From Tubiluchus corallicola (taxonomy: Eukaryota; Animalia; Priapulida), in contig JAQGDQ010001199.1 of the NCBI GenBank assembly GCA_030141605.1, forward strand, positions 1-55,884: a DNA stretch of 55,884 nucleotides, in the 5' to 3' direction. The translations under genes were made by a program, and so were the position numbers. Below are positions 39,911 to 53,688 of the stretch, one piece after another (within the stretch, counting starts at the first letter, position 1; every line of letters starts with the position of its first letter). The notes under the pieces are model-generated. The model did not search any database and had not been told where the DNA came from. It was given only the letters and a program-made list of their open reading frames with translations.

Positions 39911-41354
39911 CTCGGATTAATGTTATTAAATCAGAAAAAAAGCGGATTTCTGAAAACTTTACGACGAAAACTTTGTAAACATAATAATACGGTGGTCGTT
40001 TCTTCTCCTCTTTTCCTTCTTCTTATTCCTTATCTTACTTTTTTCCATTCCATCATGTCTACTAACCCTAACCATTCTTTCATTCACTCATTTCTGCCAC
40101 CCTAACAAGCCAAGCTTTCAAGGTGTCATACAGCAACTCTTTTATTTGGTTAATTTGACTTCATCAACGTTTTTTACCTATACTGTTTCTTTTTGTTTCA
40201 ATAATATTGTATGTTGATTTACTGTATATGTATTGCTGGAGTGAAATAAATTGATTAATTGATTGAATACATATGTATCATAATATTATACATAATTATG
40301 GTATAAAATTTACATCTTATATCGTTTAACAGATCAAACATTTTCTAGTAAATATTTGCAAAAGTTTCTATAATTTATTTATATTACCGGTTTCTTTCAT
40401 TTTACTGAGTAAATTATTCCACGTTACAGCACACGTGATAATACAGTAAAAATACCTACAAGATATTAGTACATTAATAAATAAACATCTATTTTTGTGT
40501 TTGGTTGTTATTATTATTATATTTGCTCATGATTGGTTATACCACTAAGCAATCGCTTGGGGCGCCAATATTTTGGGGCGCCGAATTCTGGAAATAATTC
40601 TTTAAAGGACAAGACAAGGGGCATCTGAAGTAGGTTTCAGAAACGCCTTAAAAAATTATACTACTTTACAGCAATTTTATGCAATATCGTACTCGTGTTG
40701 AAAGGAATTTTCATTTGTTTTGATTTTAAGTCTCCCGCAATACTGTTCCGATGGCGCCATTACATCACTACGCCACGTAAATTAGGGGAAGAAAAGGCAA
40801 TGTTAAATTATCACCCAAAAACTTTCCGTGCAAATCTATATTACTTAGTATTTCGCTTACCTGCTGGAAACACTTATGTAATTAGACTAATAATTTAAAA
40901 TGTTTGTGGCAGTTGGTAAAATGTCACTGACTCACCCTCCAGGGTGCGTCACTCACTAGCCAAGAACGTATTTTTAATCTTATTAACAAGATGCAATAAT
41001 TTAAAATTTTACTAAATTAGCAACATGTATTTTTCAAACGACCAACCATTAAAATGGCTGCGCCTAACGGTCATTGCAGGAGTTTAAATTTACAAGTTTT
41101 ATACAGCGTTACGGTGCATACGAATAGGTAGTGTGTAAGTGATATAAAATTTCGAGACGAATTTTTTAAGCTTCGTGTAAGTGGAGGGTTTTCTTGTGCT
41201 TTAATATTTAAATTTGTATGAGTAACGGCATAACGTATGTGTAATTCCTTAAGTGCACAACGAACTAGTTGCGTAATTTTCCTGTCGAAATGTATGACTT
41301 ACGGAAACCACAAAGTGTTTTCCCGTAGCAAAACATTGTCTTTTTGCTTTATTC

Positions 41355-41836
41355 CAGGGGTGTGCAAATTGCGGCCCGCCGAGAGAATTTGTGTGGCCCG
41401 TGGAGAGATTTGTCAACCTAATGAAAGTGCGGACCGGGCGATTAATTGAGTGTATCCAGCTGAAGTCGGTGCCACGATCACAAAGATAGTGCGGGTAGTT
41501 TTTTCTACTAGATCGGATGCCATTAACCCTTACAAGACGGTTGTAGCTTGATGTCACTGTACTACACAGACTGTGTGATACACATTACTAATATGCATTG
41601 CAATGAAATTACCACTATCTGTCCTGAAAGTAGAAATATATGGTTTGTAATATAAATTTTAATAACTTCTAAAATAGTTTCTTGAGTGCAGTAGTAATGA
41701 TGTACGCAGGTCGGATGCAAAAAAATCGTTATTAGGCCCTTCTGTACTTGGCTCCTTGATCAAACTGCATGTGGCCCTCAGGAATTGCGGGAAAGTTTAA
41801 CGTGGCCCGGCTAGTCAGATAATTTGCACACCCCTG
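41355..41836. mobile_element. hAT MITE family M1, third independent insertion
   Basis: TIR CAGGGGTGTGCAAATT; TSD CTTTATTC/CTTTATCC (7/8). Confidence 0.92.
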
Positions 41837-43119
41837 CTTTATCCGGTCTCCTAAGATTACTAAGGTTTCCTAGGGTCATTTCTGACATTACATCATGCAG
41901 ACGTTTCGCCTGGCTTTTGCCCACACTCTTCCGTTAGTAATTAAATTCTTATAATGGCATTTATCTAACTATGGCAGAGATATCTGTAGGAATCAAGGTC
42001 TTCAGGACGGAATGCGGCAAACGAAAGGCAAAAAAGCTGGAGAGTTAGATAGAGGGCAGTGGAGTCATAAATTCAAATTCAAACAATTATAAATCTAATT
42101 TCAAATTCAAGCAATTATCGATCCAATTTCAAATTCAAACAATTATAAATCCAATTTCGAATTCCAGCAATTTTAAATACAATTTTAAATTTAACCAGTA
42201 CAAGCTGTGGATAGGTAAGTAACTACAAATAACTAGTACACATGCATACCAGCATAAGCCTAACAGATAAGTACCGTTATACTTTATTGTAATAGTAAAC
42301 AAGAAAAAGTGAATATTTGGTTAGTGGTGGGACCATAAGGGAAGGCGTTGACCGACGAGAGGGGTGACCAAAACAGTTTTGCTTAGGACCTAGAACCGCC
42401 CTGTATTTAGTATTTAGATGCATCCACTTTAGTTGCAAATACAATTAATAACAATTTTAGAGGTGCCATTACACAACAAGTGGTTTTCTAACACCATTGA
42501 CTAATACTATTATAATAGTATTTTGAGTGGGGTGGGGTGGATACTCGGTGATCAGATGGCCTTTCACCACCAATCCTCCGTCTTTAACTAATGCTCATTA
42601 GGAGTGAGCATCCACTCCCAGAAAGCAAATTCGAATCGAATCGAATTTGTGACTTTCGCATACGAGCCGGGCCGAATTTCAATATTTCGAATCGATCCGA
42701 ATTGAACCGAGTTTGAAAGATTTTCAAGCTAGTAAAAAGTGGTCTTACAAAGATCGTGCATATTACTTAATCTTGTTCTGCAATGAAACCGCCAATAGTT
42801 TGTTTAAAAAAATTGCACAGATACTGCAATTAAATTGTGCTAATTGCATGCCATTTCAAACGCCTTAATGATAAAGAACGTGTGTGGCTGAAGTGCTGAA
42901 TTATTCGAATCTATAATTTTTGGTTCGAATCGAATTCGAACTAGAGAAACCCGTTCATATCGAATTTTGTTAATCATTACCGAATACTTTGTTTCAAGTC
43001 TGTTGTATGAGACAAAAAAATTGAATAGGAATTTAATAAGAAACAAAGAAAAACGCAAATTATTTGTTTAACAGTTTATTTAACAACAATTTATTTAACA
43101 AAGGTTTATACAATCAAAG

Positions 43120-44699
43120 TTAACTTGAGCTGCTGCTGCTAGCTGATTGAGCAGAGGCGCCACCTTCAGCTTTCTCGTAACCTTCACCGCCCCCTTCTGA
43201 GTAGCCAGAATTGGAGTAACCTTCAGATCCAGATCCTTGCGAGGCGTGACTGCTGTGGGAGATGTGGGTGTGCACCGTGTGACTTATTTCCTTTCTGTGG
43301 GACTGCTCGCCATACTCCGATCCGCCGTGCCCGTGTTCGTTGTACCCGGTTTGTCCATATTCAGATCCACCGGCCGCGTATCCGTAACCTTCTTCAGCAC
43401 CATATGCGGCTGCCGCTGCCTCGTTGCCGTATCCTGCACCGCTGCCATACGCTGTTGCCTCTGCACCGGCTGCAATGTTGTGGCCGTATCCCGCACCGAT
43501 ACCATAGTTAATTGCTTTAACATCAGCACCTGTAACACCATGTCCGTAATCTGCTCCACGAGAGCCATAACCAGATGAGCGTCCTGCAGAACTGTAGTCA
43601 TAGCCATTACCAGTAGACAAGCCAATTCCTGAACCATAACCGGTGCCATATCCTTGGGCTATTCCATGTGCCAAAGCACTAGCTGAACCGTAATCATACT
43701 GTGGCCCATATCCATAACCGTCTCCATAGCCACCAGCACTTGCCCCATAACCGCTGCTGTAACCGTGGCCACCTACACCGTTTGCATAATGACTGCCAGA
43801 ACCATAATCCCTGCCATAACCATCGCCACGCCCACTACCATAACCTCTGCCATAACCATAGCCACCTGCACTGCCATAACCTCTGCCATAACCATAACCA
43901 CCTGCACTACCATAACCTCTGCCATAACCATAGCCAACTGCACTGGCTCCATAACCTCTGCCATAACCATAGTCACCTGCACTACCATAACCTCTGCCAT
44001 AACCATAGCCAAGTGCACTGGCTCCATAACCTCTGCCATAACCATAGTCACCTGCACTACCATAACCTCTGCCATAGCCATAGCCATCTGCACTGGTTCC
44101 ATAACCTCCACCAGAGCCATAGGTGCCAGCACCATAACCTCTACCATAACTGCCTGTACCAGTTGCATAACTTCCACCAGAGCCGCTATGACCGTTGCCA
44201 TAACCATAACCACCTGCAACAGTTTCGTATCTTCTGCTACCAGAATCATGGCTATTGTCGCCATAACTATCGTCGTAACCATAACTTCCTAAACCAGTCA
44301 CGTAGCTTCTACCAGGCGAGTAGCTACTAATGCCGTAACCGTTACCATAACCACGGCCAGCACTGTAGTCATCAGGATGACTCGCTTGTAGCCGTACCTA
44401 AAAAGATGAACGAAGTTACAGAAACAGAGAAAACTATAAAGTTTTATGAAGGCTACCACCACCAACAACAGCAAAGTTTTAGACTCATAAGTTTTTGTTG
44501 CCACACAAGTAAAAAATCAATAATTATCCATTACAAAGTACTGAATAATTTGAGGTTTTAAAGAACGCAAGAAATCACTCGAAAGCAACAACAATTCTTT
44601 TTGTCACCACTCGAGTGAAAAAAAAATCAGTAATTACTATAAGCAAAGCAGGATTACCACAGCCAAGCAGGCGACGAGTAACAGTAGATGCGTCCTCAT
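43120..44699 (-). CDS. GY-B: ~439-aa secreted Gly/Tyr/Ser-rich structural protein
   Basis: 5'UTR intron 44904-44720. Coding exon 44699-44658 (MRTHLLLLVACLAV|gtaatc), acceptor ttttag at 44398, then exon 44397-43120 in frame (VRLQASHPDDYSAGRGYG...). Contains (GYGYGRGYGSAG) repeats and RKEISHTVHTHISH. AATAAA at 43095-43090 and 43080-43075. Confidence 0.9.
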
Positions 44700-44980
44700 G
44701 ATGGAATCTCACTGTCTTTCTGCAAAAAGAAATAATATGATTTGATACAGTACAAATCAAACATTAAGACACCGTCATTAAAGTATTTCAACATAAAAAC
44801 AGCAAACCTGGTTTAGAATATTACACAAATATCAAACAACCTTATACTCGTCCAGCTGTAACAAATTTAGAATTTTTTAAGAAACTTAAGTACATTTTTC
44901 TCACCTGTGGCTGAAATAACAAGACCTCGCCTTCTGTACACCCGTTGAAGTCACTTGGATTACACATATGCAGTTTTTGG

Positions 44981-44987
44981 CTTTATA
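44981..44987 (-). promoter_or_regulatory. TATA box of GY-B
   Basis: TATAAAG(CCA) upstream of a non-coding exon ending cag|gtgag at 44905. Confidence 0.7.
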
Positions 44988-46129
44988 CTGAAGCTGGATT
45001 AATCCATTTCCTTGTGGGGGTGTTTCTTTTTGACAAGAGTTAGTGACGAAGTCAGCTGTGTCCTCCTTGCTCACGGTTGTTCCTCTTCCAGAATTGGCTA
45101 GTCCTTGAAGTTCTAGTAAACATACATACAGTTATTTGAATAAGGAAGCCTGTGGCGTGCGCCAACAGAATTTTTTCGCTTAGAAGTAGTACGTCTTTGC
45201 GTTATTTTGTTTTTCAGTTAAGAAAACTAGATATAGGTTGTTGTCGTGAAGCTCACGATCTTTATCTTATTTTTTATTAGTTCTTAATTATGATCATTAG
45301 TCATATTATTACATTCTCTTATTACATTACTACAAAAACCACTAAAAATCCCACACAAGAAATTTCAGCTATAAAATAAGTCTATGTCTTTATATGCAGT
45401 CTAAACTTTCATCCTTGAACTATTGTGCATAACATTTATCTAACATTTATCTTTATCTCATGCAGATGATCATCATGTCCCGTTACGGTGTTGTAAACAT
45501 TGGGCAGATAGAATTCTAAAATAAAAGAAATCTGCCCTCAAGACAGGTAAACATAACTGACCTAGCGAAATGCCCTCGATGTCCCCGCGTGATTAAAGTT
45601 ACCTGCCAATAGATGGATAGCAAGCCGCGTTTAGCCCCGCCCGACTTGATGACGTAACACACATTCCCACAAACTCCCTCGCTGCAAGTGCTCACAGCAT
45701 GTAAACAAATGGAAATATGGAAAAATTTGGTCCTAGTAATTTTGGTACGAAGAATTTTGATACAGCGAAATTTTACCACTAGGAAAATTGGGTACAGGAA
45801 AATGTGGTAATGGGAAGATTTAATACAGCACTGGCAAATGTTGACAAGCGTTTCTGGTACAAGTAAATTTGGTACGGGCTAAAAATGGTACAGAATAGAT
45901 TTGCTGCTAGGAAAGTTTAGTACTGGAAAAGTTCAACTGGTACTAGGAAAATATAATGCAGAAAAAATGGTACAAGGAAAGTATATTTTATAAAATCTAC
46001 AAAATGATCATGCGTTTAAGATCATACCAGACATTATGAATGATCAGTCTTAAAGACTTTAGAGTTAGCAGTTAGAGTTTCCACAACATAAGTTAATTAG
46101 TCCAGGTAAACTGTGAATAACAATTAAGA

Positions 46130-46620
46130 AGAGCCTGGTTAGTACTTGGATGGGTGACCGCCTAGGAATACCAGGTGCCGTAGGCTTGCGGGATGCCCAC
46201 ACTGTATCTCGACGCCGCTAGGCGGAGGAGCTACACAAGCAGGCAACGGCTAGAGGGTGGAGGAGGTCAAGTGACCCGACGGCCATGTGTAGAGGAGTAA
46301 ACCTTCCAAATCAGGAGTGGAGCCCCGAAGGCGGACCAGTGCAGCATGCTCACTGACTCCGGCAGCTCCTGCAGCCAACCTGGTGCCAAACGTATCGCTC
46401 CGCTTTCCTTTGGACTACACCAGCGAGGAAGAGAGGAGGTTCCTGCTGTCTGGGCAACTCAGGATCTCCATATACCTTGCCCAGGCGTGCGCCCTGGAGA
46501 CGTTCAAGGATCGCACTGCTTAGCCACAGTCGACGCTGCAGCTCCATCAATGTGATCAATAAGTGACTCTCTTGGCGCACACTCCATTGTCTTCCGAGAC
46601 AGAAGGATGCCAACAACAAC
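46130..46620 (+). mobile_element. 5'-truncated 5S rRNA-derived SINE (SINE3-like)
   Basis: 46133-46187 GCCTGGTTAGTACTTGGATGGGTGACCGCCTAGGAATACCAGGTGCCGTAGGCTT matches the 3' half of metazoan 5S rRNA. Followed by a GC-rich body and an (AAC)n tail; TSD AACAATTAAGA (46119-46129 and 46621-46631). Confidence 0.82.
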
Positions 46621-48416
46621 AACAATTAAGAGGTCTGCCTCTTAACCTTAACGGGATTTTAAACCTTAATAAACTGTTGATACTATACTGTGTCCGAATA
46701 GCCTGCAGATACATGGGTTTGGATATAGAGAATTAAAATTTTTGCTCAACTATGTCTTAACAACTAAATGTGTATATATAATACATATATAAACGCCTAC
46801 ATTTCTGTTGAGTACTCCTTTTTTCCATATTTGTTTAATATGATGTATGTGTTTTGTAATTATAACTTCTTATTTGCTTGTATTTGAATAATGTGTTACT
46901 GTGTAATTGTATGATTGTTATATGCTTGTAATCTTGTTATTGTTAAGACCAGTGTGAACCTGGCTTCATGAATTTTAAATTTTGCGCAACGTGGTACCAT
47001 CTAGCTGGAAACTTTAAAGTATGGACTTTGACAAAGTTATGTTGTCATTATGCTGTTCTGTAGTGTATATGAACAATCTGTCTTGTACAAGCTGGCGAAA
47101 TTTATCATTAAAGGTCAGTGTGAACCCTACTTAATAGATTTTAATTTTGCATCCAAGGTGGCTTCATTCAGCTAGAAACTTTAAAATGTGCACATTCAGT
47201 CTTGTGCAAGCTAGCGAAATTTAGCAGATGTAAATTTATTTCCTTTAATTTTTATTTATTCATTGACAGTTTTGATTGATTAATTAACTGTCAATCTAAC
47301 TGTCAATCAAACTTTTCATAAAATTAGCCAACATCAGGCGATTTTGCTTTTCTATTTCAGTTTCTAAATATTGCAGAAATAAAGATCAGTGGTTTACATG
47401 AAATTCAACTGAGATTTTTGAAGATTTGACATAAATGCCTCTCAGAGACACCAACAGTTGTCACTCAACATTTGCATCTGCATTTTATTACAATGTAGTT
47501 TTCTATGTGCACATTGTATTCGTTTACTAATATGTACTGTACCATTCGAATACAGTAATAAATCGTATATATTAATTCTACTGTTATGGGCTTTATATAT
47601 ATATATGCTACATCTTCGACGGCGGCGATCTATATGTCAAACGAAAGGCCTCGATCTAGTGTCGTCTTATTATGGGTTCATTTTTCAAATCGGGGCTACT
47701 GGGACGAACGCGGAGCAAAAAACCTCCAAAAATGGCCGTTTTCGCCCGTTTTTTGCAAAACTTACGCCTCTTATTTCTGGAGAATGGGCCGGGGGCGGTG
47801 CTGGCTGTGAATAGATAGTTCGTTCAGCGATGGGTGTAGTAGGCGTATTTAGAACTCGCGGGAGGGTCAAGGCGCCCCGCAACGCGCGTTTTCCTGAACC
47901 CAACTCCCGATTTTTTCGAAATTTTGGTCAAACAGCCTGTAGAAAAAACGTTCTAGCGACGTCTGGTGGGGCTCTCGGAAAGAGATATATGGCTCTTTAG
48001 AAAGAGGAAGAACAGGGTTACACGATAATGTGGACTGTGTTTTAGGACGTCTCCACCTTGAGGAGCTGTGACGAGTTGATTGGAGGTTCCATTTCAGGCG
48101 ATTTTCGCTTAGAAAACTGCTGACGCAAAGCCATTGTTGTGACGTCATCCATTATACTCTGCTTATAACCTTATAACTTTAATTCAGTAAAAGCTGCTAC
48201 TGGCTTTGCGTTATAAATGAGGACTATGTAGAATGTTCGCGCATTACTGATTATAAATGTATTTATACGCAAAACTTTTTGCGGGGCCTTTGCTAGTAAT
48301 AAATAAAATTAAAAACATAACGCTGTATAACACCTGAAAGTGTGCACAGCTCCATGTTAGGAAAAGCACGATCGAATTGAATAAGTTTGGCCTGAACAAC
48401 ACTCGTTATTTTATCC

Positions 48417-49597
48417 CAAAATGAAGCTGGATTTCTGTATTATGACATCATAATGAGGTAAACGCAACATTATGAAATAACATTATATTTACAAATTTAA
48501 ACAAAATGAAGGTGGATTTCTGTATTATGACATCATAATGAGGTAAACGCAACATTATGAAGTAACATTATATTTACATATTTACACAAAATGAAGGTGG
48601 ATTTCTGTATTATGACATCATAATGAGGTAAACGCAACATTATGAAGTAACATTATATTTACATATTTACACAAAATGAAGGTGGATTTCTGTATTATGA
48701 CATCATAATGACGTAAACGCAACATTATGAAGTAACATTATATTTACAAATTTAAACAAAATGAAGGTGGATTTCTGTATTATGACATCATAATGAGGTA
48801 AACGCAACATTATGAAATAACATTATATTTACAAATTTAAACAAAATGAAGGTGGATTTCTGTATTATGACATCATAATGAGGTAAACGCAACATTATGA
48901 AGTAACATTATATTTACATATTTACACAAAATGAAGGTGGATTTCTGTATTATGACATCATAATGAGGTAAACGCAACATTATGAAGTAACATTATATTT
49001 ACATATTTACACAAAATGAAGGTGGATTTCTGTATTATGACATCATAATGAGGTAAACGCAACATTATGAAGTAACATTATATTTACATATTTACACAAA
49101 ATGAAGGTGGATTTCTTCATTATGACATCATAATGACGTAAACGCAACATTATGAAGTAACATTATATTTACATATTTACACAAAATGAAGGTGGATTTC
49201 TGTATTATGACATCATAATGAGGTAAACGCAACATTATGAAATAACATCATATTTACAAATTTAAACAAAATGAAGGTGGATTTCTGTATTATGACATCA
49301 TAATGAGGTAAACGCAACATTATGAAATAACATTATATTTACAAATTTAAACAAAATGAAGGTGGATTTCTGTATTATGACATCATAATGAGGTAAACGC
49401 AACATTATGAAATAACATTATATTTACAAATTTAAACAAAATGAAGGTGGATTTCTGTATTATGACATCATAATGAGGTAAACGCAACATTATGAAGTAA
49501 CATTATATTTACATATTTACACAAAATGAAGGTGGATTTCTTCATTATGACATCATAATGACGTAAACGCAACATTATGAAATAACATCATATTTAC
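48417..49597. repeat. 85-bp tandem satellite, 14 copies
   Basis: atgaag recurs at 48421, 48506, 48591 ... 49526. Confidence 0.97.
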
Positions 49598-49656
49598 ACA
49601 TTTCCACGTTTGCTAACACATAACTTGGTTCTTTTACGCAATCCAGGTAAAAATCG

Positions 49657-49893
<237 letters not shown>

Positions 49894-50479
49894 GTGCTTC
49901 AATTTGATTAATTAAACCATAATCGTTTGATTAATACTTGTCTTAAGCTACTATCAGGTTTATGGAAAACCTTTATATTTTTACACAACAATAGGAACTT
50001 GATTTGGACAAATTCTCGCTCTTGCTTGAAGATTTAGATTACTCGCTTGTGAATAACTCTATAAAACGATTCATTTCGCCGGGACGCTTCTCCTGCATGT
50101 AATACAAAACTCTGCTATTTACTCACTGTGAGGCAAACAATGCGAACCAAATATTCACTAAAATTTGCATTTGTGCCAACGTCGGTAAAAGCTCATTCAG
50201 GGAGCAGTAAGCAGCCACTATGTAGAATGTCCGAGCACTATTGGTTGTCAGTGGATGCATTTGTTAGGTCTCTCAGTTTCAGCACTGTGCAAAATGTTTG
50301 TGCTGCTGCTGTTATTTTAGGCCTACGGCATGGCCGGGTGTTGGTTGGTTTTTTATATTGAGATGAAAGAAATAGGGCACTATTGCAGAAGAATTATTGA
50401 ATGACTTAAAAGAACCGGCATTATCCCAAGACATTCACCATGTTATTAAAGTTCGAACGTACGTTTTAGAAATTACACG

Positions 50480-50780
50480 CTAATGATAAGAAGAAGAAGA
50501 AGAAAAGGAAGAATAACAATAACGACAACAACAACAACAACAACAACCACTGCCACCGCCACCGCCCCGGCCCCGGCCACGGCCACGACGACGACGACGA
50601 CGACTACAACAACGACAACAACAACAACAACAACAAAGACGACGACTACAACAACAACAACAACAACACCAACTACAACAACAACAAAGACGACGACTAC
50701 AACAACGACAACAACAACAAAACAAAAACAAAAACATCAACATCAACAGCCGCAGCCGCCGCCGCAGCAGCAGCAGCAGC

Positions 50781-50817
<37 letters not shown>

Positions 50818-50818
50818 T
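50480..50818. repeat. Compound trinucleotide tract (AAG/AAC/CCG/ACG/CAG/CAA)
   Basis: Directly visible. Confidence 0.95.
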
Positions 50819-50924
50819 TTAAAGTCAGCTTTGGATTAACAATTAAGATAAGCTGAAAGAGCTTTTTGCTGACTGTGACAAATTCTACAACTACGAAACA
50901 GACTATTATTACCCCACTTTTACC

Positions 50925-51008
50925 ACTAGATCCTACGCGCCGGGCAGGGTAACAGCAGGTACCCATGTCTTTGGTACAACCCGACCGCAGTACCGAACTC
51001 ACTACCAT
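50925..51008 (-). mobile_element. Possible SINE fragment (B-box-like remnant plus central domain)
   Basis: Minus strand gagttcggtact...taccaaagacatgggtacctgctgttaccctgcccggcgc resembles, from memory, a MetaSINE-type central domain; unverified. Confidence 0.35.
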
Positions 51009-51872
51009 TACATGACATCACAAGCGCAAACGTAAATCAGGGGAACAAAAGGCAATGCTAAATTATGACCTAAACGTTTCCGTGAAAATCTATATTACTT
51101 ACCATTTCGCTTACTTGCTGGAAAGACTTATGTAACTAGACTAACAATTTAAAATGTTTGTGCCAATTGGTAAAATATCGTTGACTCACCCTCCAGTGTG
51201 CACTACTCACTAACCGAAAAATGTATTTTTAATCTTATTGGCAAGATACAGTAAATTTTATATTTTACTCAGTAACTTAATATGTGTCATACGAATGCTC
51301 GGATTATTTTTTCGAACTTTACTTAATGTTATCTTAACTTATTTCAAAGCCTACCAGTAAAATGGCTGTCTAACGGTCATCGCGGGAGTTTAGATTTACA
51401 TGTTTTATACAGCGCTACTGCCGACGCAAGTGCTGCATGCTAAAAAGCAGTAAGTAGTATAATATTTCAAGATGAATTTTTAAAGCTTGTGGTGGAGTTT
51501 CTTGTTTAAAATGTTTCTTAAGGTCATTTCTTACTTTCAGGACATGATAATCATTGTCTAAATAAACGTGTATTGTTTGTTGTAACAAGAATATGAAGTA
51601 TACCATTAAAATTTTTAAGTGGTTAAATAAAATATATGTAAGAGCTCTACAATTGAGTAATTTTAATCGACTTTTTTAACCTATCCAAAGTGAAAGCATA
51701 GGCATAGCCTAAAACAGTGAAACTGTGTGTTGTGTAAGAATGGTACGTTTGTTATTATTCGTAATGAAAAATTATATTGGCGCAAACCAAAAATTCGCTT
51801 TGCTAATATTTTATTTGATTCGTTCAACAAATAACAGATGAAAATATAAAAGTGTCATAGTAACAGTCCGGT

Positions 51873-52794
51873 TTAATGTTGGTATGTTGGCTGGTTGTAC
51901 GTTCCATATTGCCTCCCATAGTTGGCGCCACCTTCGGCGTAACCAGCTCCGCCTTCAGCCTCTCCGGATGCATATCCACCAGCAGCGTATCCGGTAGCTC
52001 CATATCCAGCTCTGGCCTCTCTGTTCGTATTTTCGTTCTCGTGGATGGCTGTGCGGTACTCCGAGCGAGACCGACGAGTGTTCTCCCGTGCCTGTCCGTA
52101 ACCGCCTGCAGCGTATCCGGCTTCACCGTAACCAGTATCGTAACGACCTCTTCCGTAACCATAACCAGCACGACCGTAAGCGTTTCCGTACTCACTTCCG
52201 TACCTCCTGGTGGGTTGATAGCTGGTGGGATGATAGCTGGTGGGTTGATATCCAGTGGGATGGCTCTCGGGTTGGTAGCCACCATAGCCACCACCATAGC
52301 CACCACCGTAGCCGCGTCCACCTCCATAGCCATACCCACCTCCATAACCGCGTCCACCTCCATAGCCACCTCCATAACTGCGTCCACCTCCATAGCCACG
52401 ACCATAGCCGCTACCATAACCACGTCCGTAACCACCTCCGTAGCCGCCACCATAGCCGCCACCGTATCCGCCACCGTAACCACGGCCGTAACCGCCGCTA
52501 CGACCACCTCCGTATCCACCCCCATATCCGCCACCGTATCCGCCGCCGTAGCCACCTCCATATCCGCCGCTATATCCAGCTACCTCGTAACCTTCGTCAT
52601 CATCGTCGTCATAGCGTGAACCATGGCAAAGCTGAAACAAAAATTGCAAGATAAGAACTAGAAAGAGAACTACTTTCAAGCTACTGCTTGTGGAAGTCTC
52701 TTTTCAAAACAACTGCTAAATGTTAGTGTAACTTAAACATTGTGGTACTTACAGCGACGAAGCTCAGAACTGCAAAAAGCACGAAAGTCTTCAT
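51873..52794 (-). CDS. GY-C: ~266-aa secreted Gly/Tyr/Arg-rich structural protein
   Basis: Coding exon 52794-52753 (MKTFVLFAVLSFVA|gtaagt), intron 52752-52632 (tttcag), then exon 52631-51873 (LCHGSRYDDDDDEGY...(GGGY)n...YQPTSYHPTSYQPT...). AATAAA at 51815-51810. Confidence 0.92.
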
Positions 52795-52871
52795 AATTAC
52801 AGAAACTATCAGCTCCACACCAAATCGAAGGAGAATGGCTACCAGAAGTGCAGTAACTTGTTTCTGCAAGC

Positions 52872-52878
52872 ATTTATA
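52872..52878 (-). promoter_or_regulatory. TATA box of GY-C
   Basis: TATAAAT about 80 bp upstream of the ATG. Confidence 0.7.
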
Positions 52879-53180
52879 CCTCCAGGAGCAAACCAATTTG
52901 TGAATCCGAGGGGAGTTTGCTAATCAGTTCGCGATGTTTTCGTTATAATCAGTCGTACTTTCACACCTGGTCACACCTGCTGCAGATGATGAAGCCAGAC
53001 AGCAAATCATGAATGAGCAGGTACGTTATCCACGCAGAGAAGCCAATCGTGATACAGTAAATACCGCCTGGAAGCCACGCTAGACCAAGGCCTCGGCGGA
53101 GAATGTCTGGTTTTAATACTCAAGTGAACAGAAAGTTAGTGGGCAGGATTCTGCTTCCGAAACTGCTTTACAAATAAGTT

Positions 53181-53372
53181 TCTATTCTATTCTATTCCGT
53201 TATATTCCGTTATATTCCATTCTGTTCTATTCCGTTCTGTTTTGTTCCATTCTATTCCATTTCTATTCTATTCTATTCTATTCTATTCTATTCTATTCTA
53301 TTCTATTCTATTTTAACAGATTTAAATAAATAAAGTAACGCCTCCCACGAACCTACCACCTCTTCTCTCTCT

Positions 53373-53426
<54 letters not shown>

Positions 53427-53497
53427 ACTGTCTCTCTCTCTCTCTCTCTCCCCCACTGTCTCTCTCTCTCTCCCCCACTGTCTCTGTCTCTCCCCCA

Positions 53498-53592
<95 letters not shown>

Positions 53593-53615
53593 CCTCCCTC
53601 CCCCTCCCTCCCTCC

Positions 53616-53688
<73 letters not shown>

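Noticed and set aside
46133-46187. Functional 5S rRNA gene
   Set aside because: 5' half missing, no oligo-T terminator, embedded in a TSD-flanked element
52632-52679. ORF-track N-terminus MKVVLFLVLILQFLFQ of GY-C, which looks like a signal peptide
   Set aside because: Starts at TTG and is the intron's pyrimidine tract; the real ATG exon is 52794-52753
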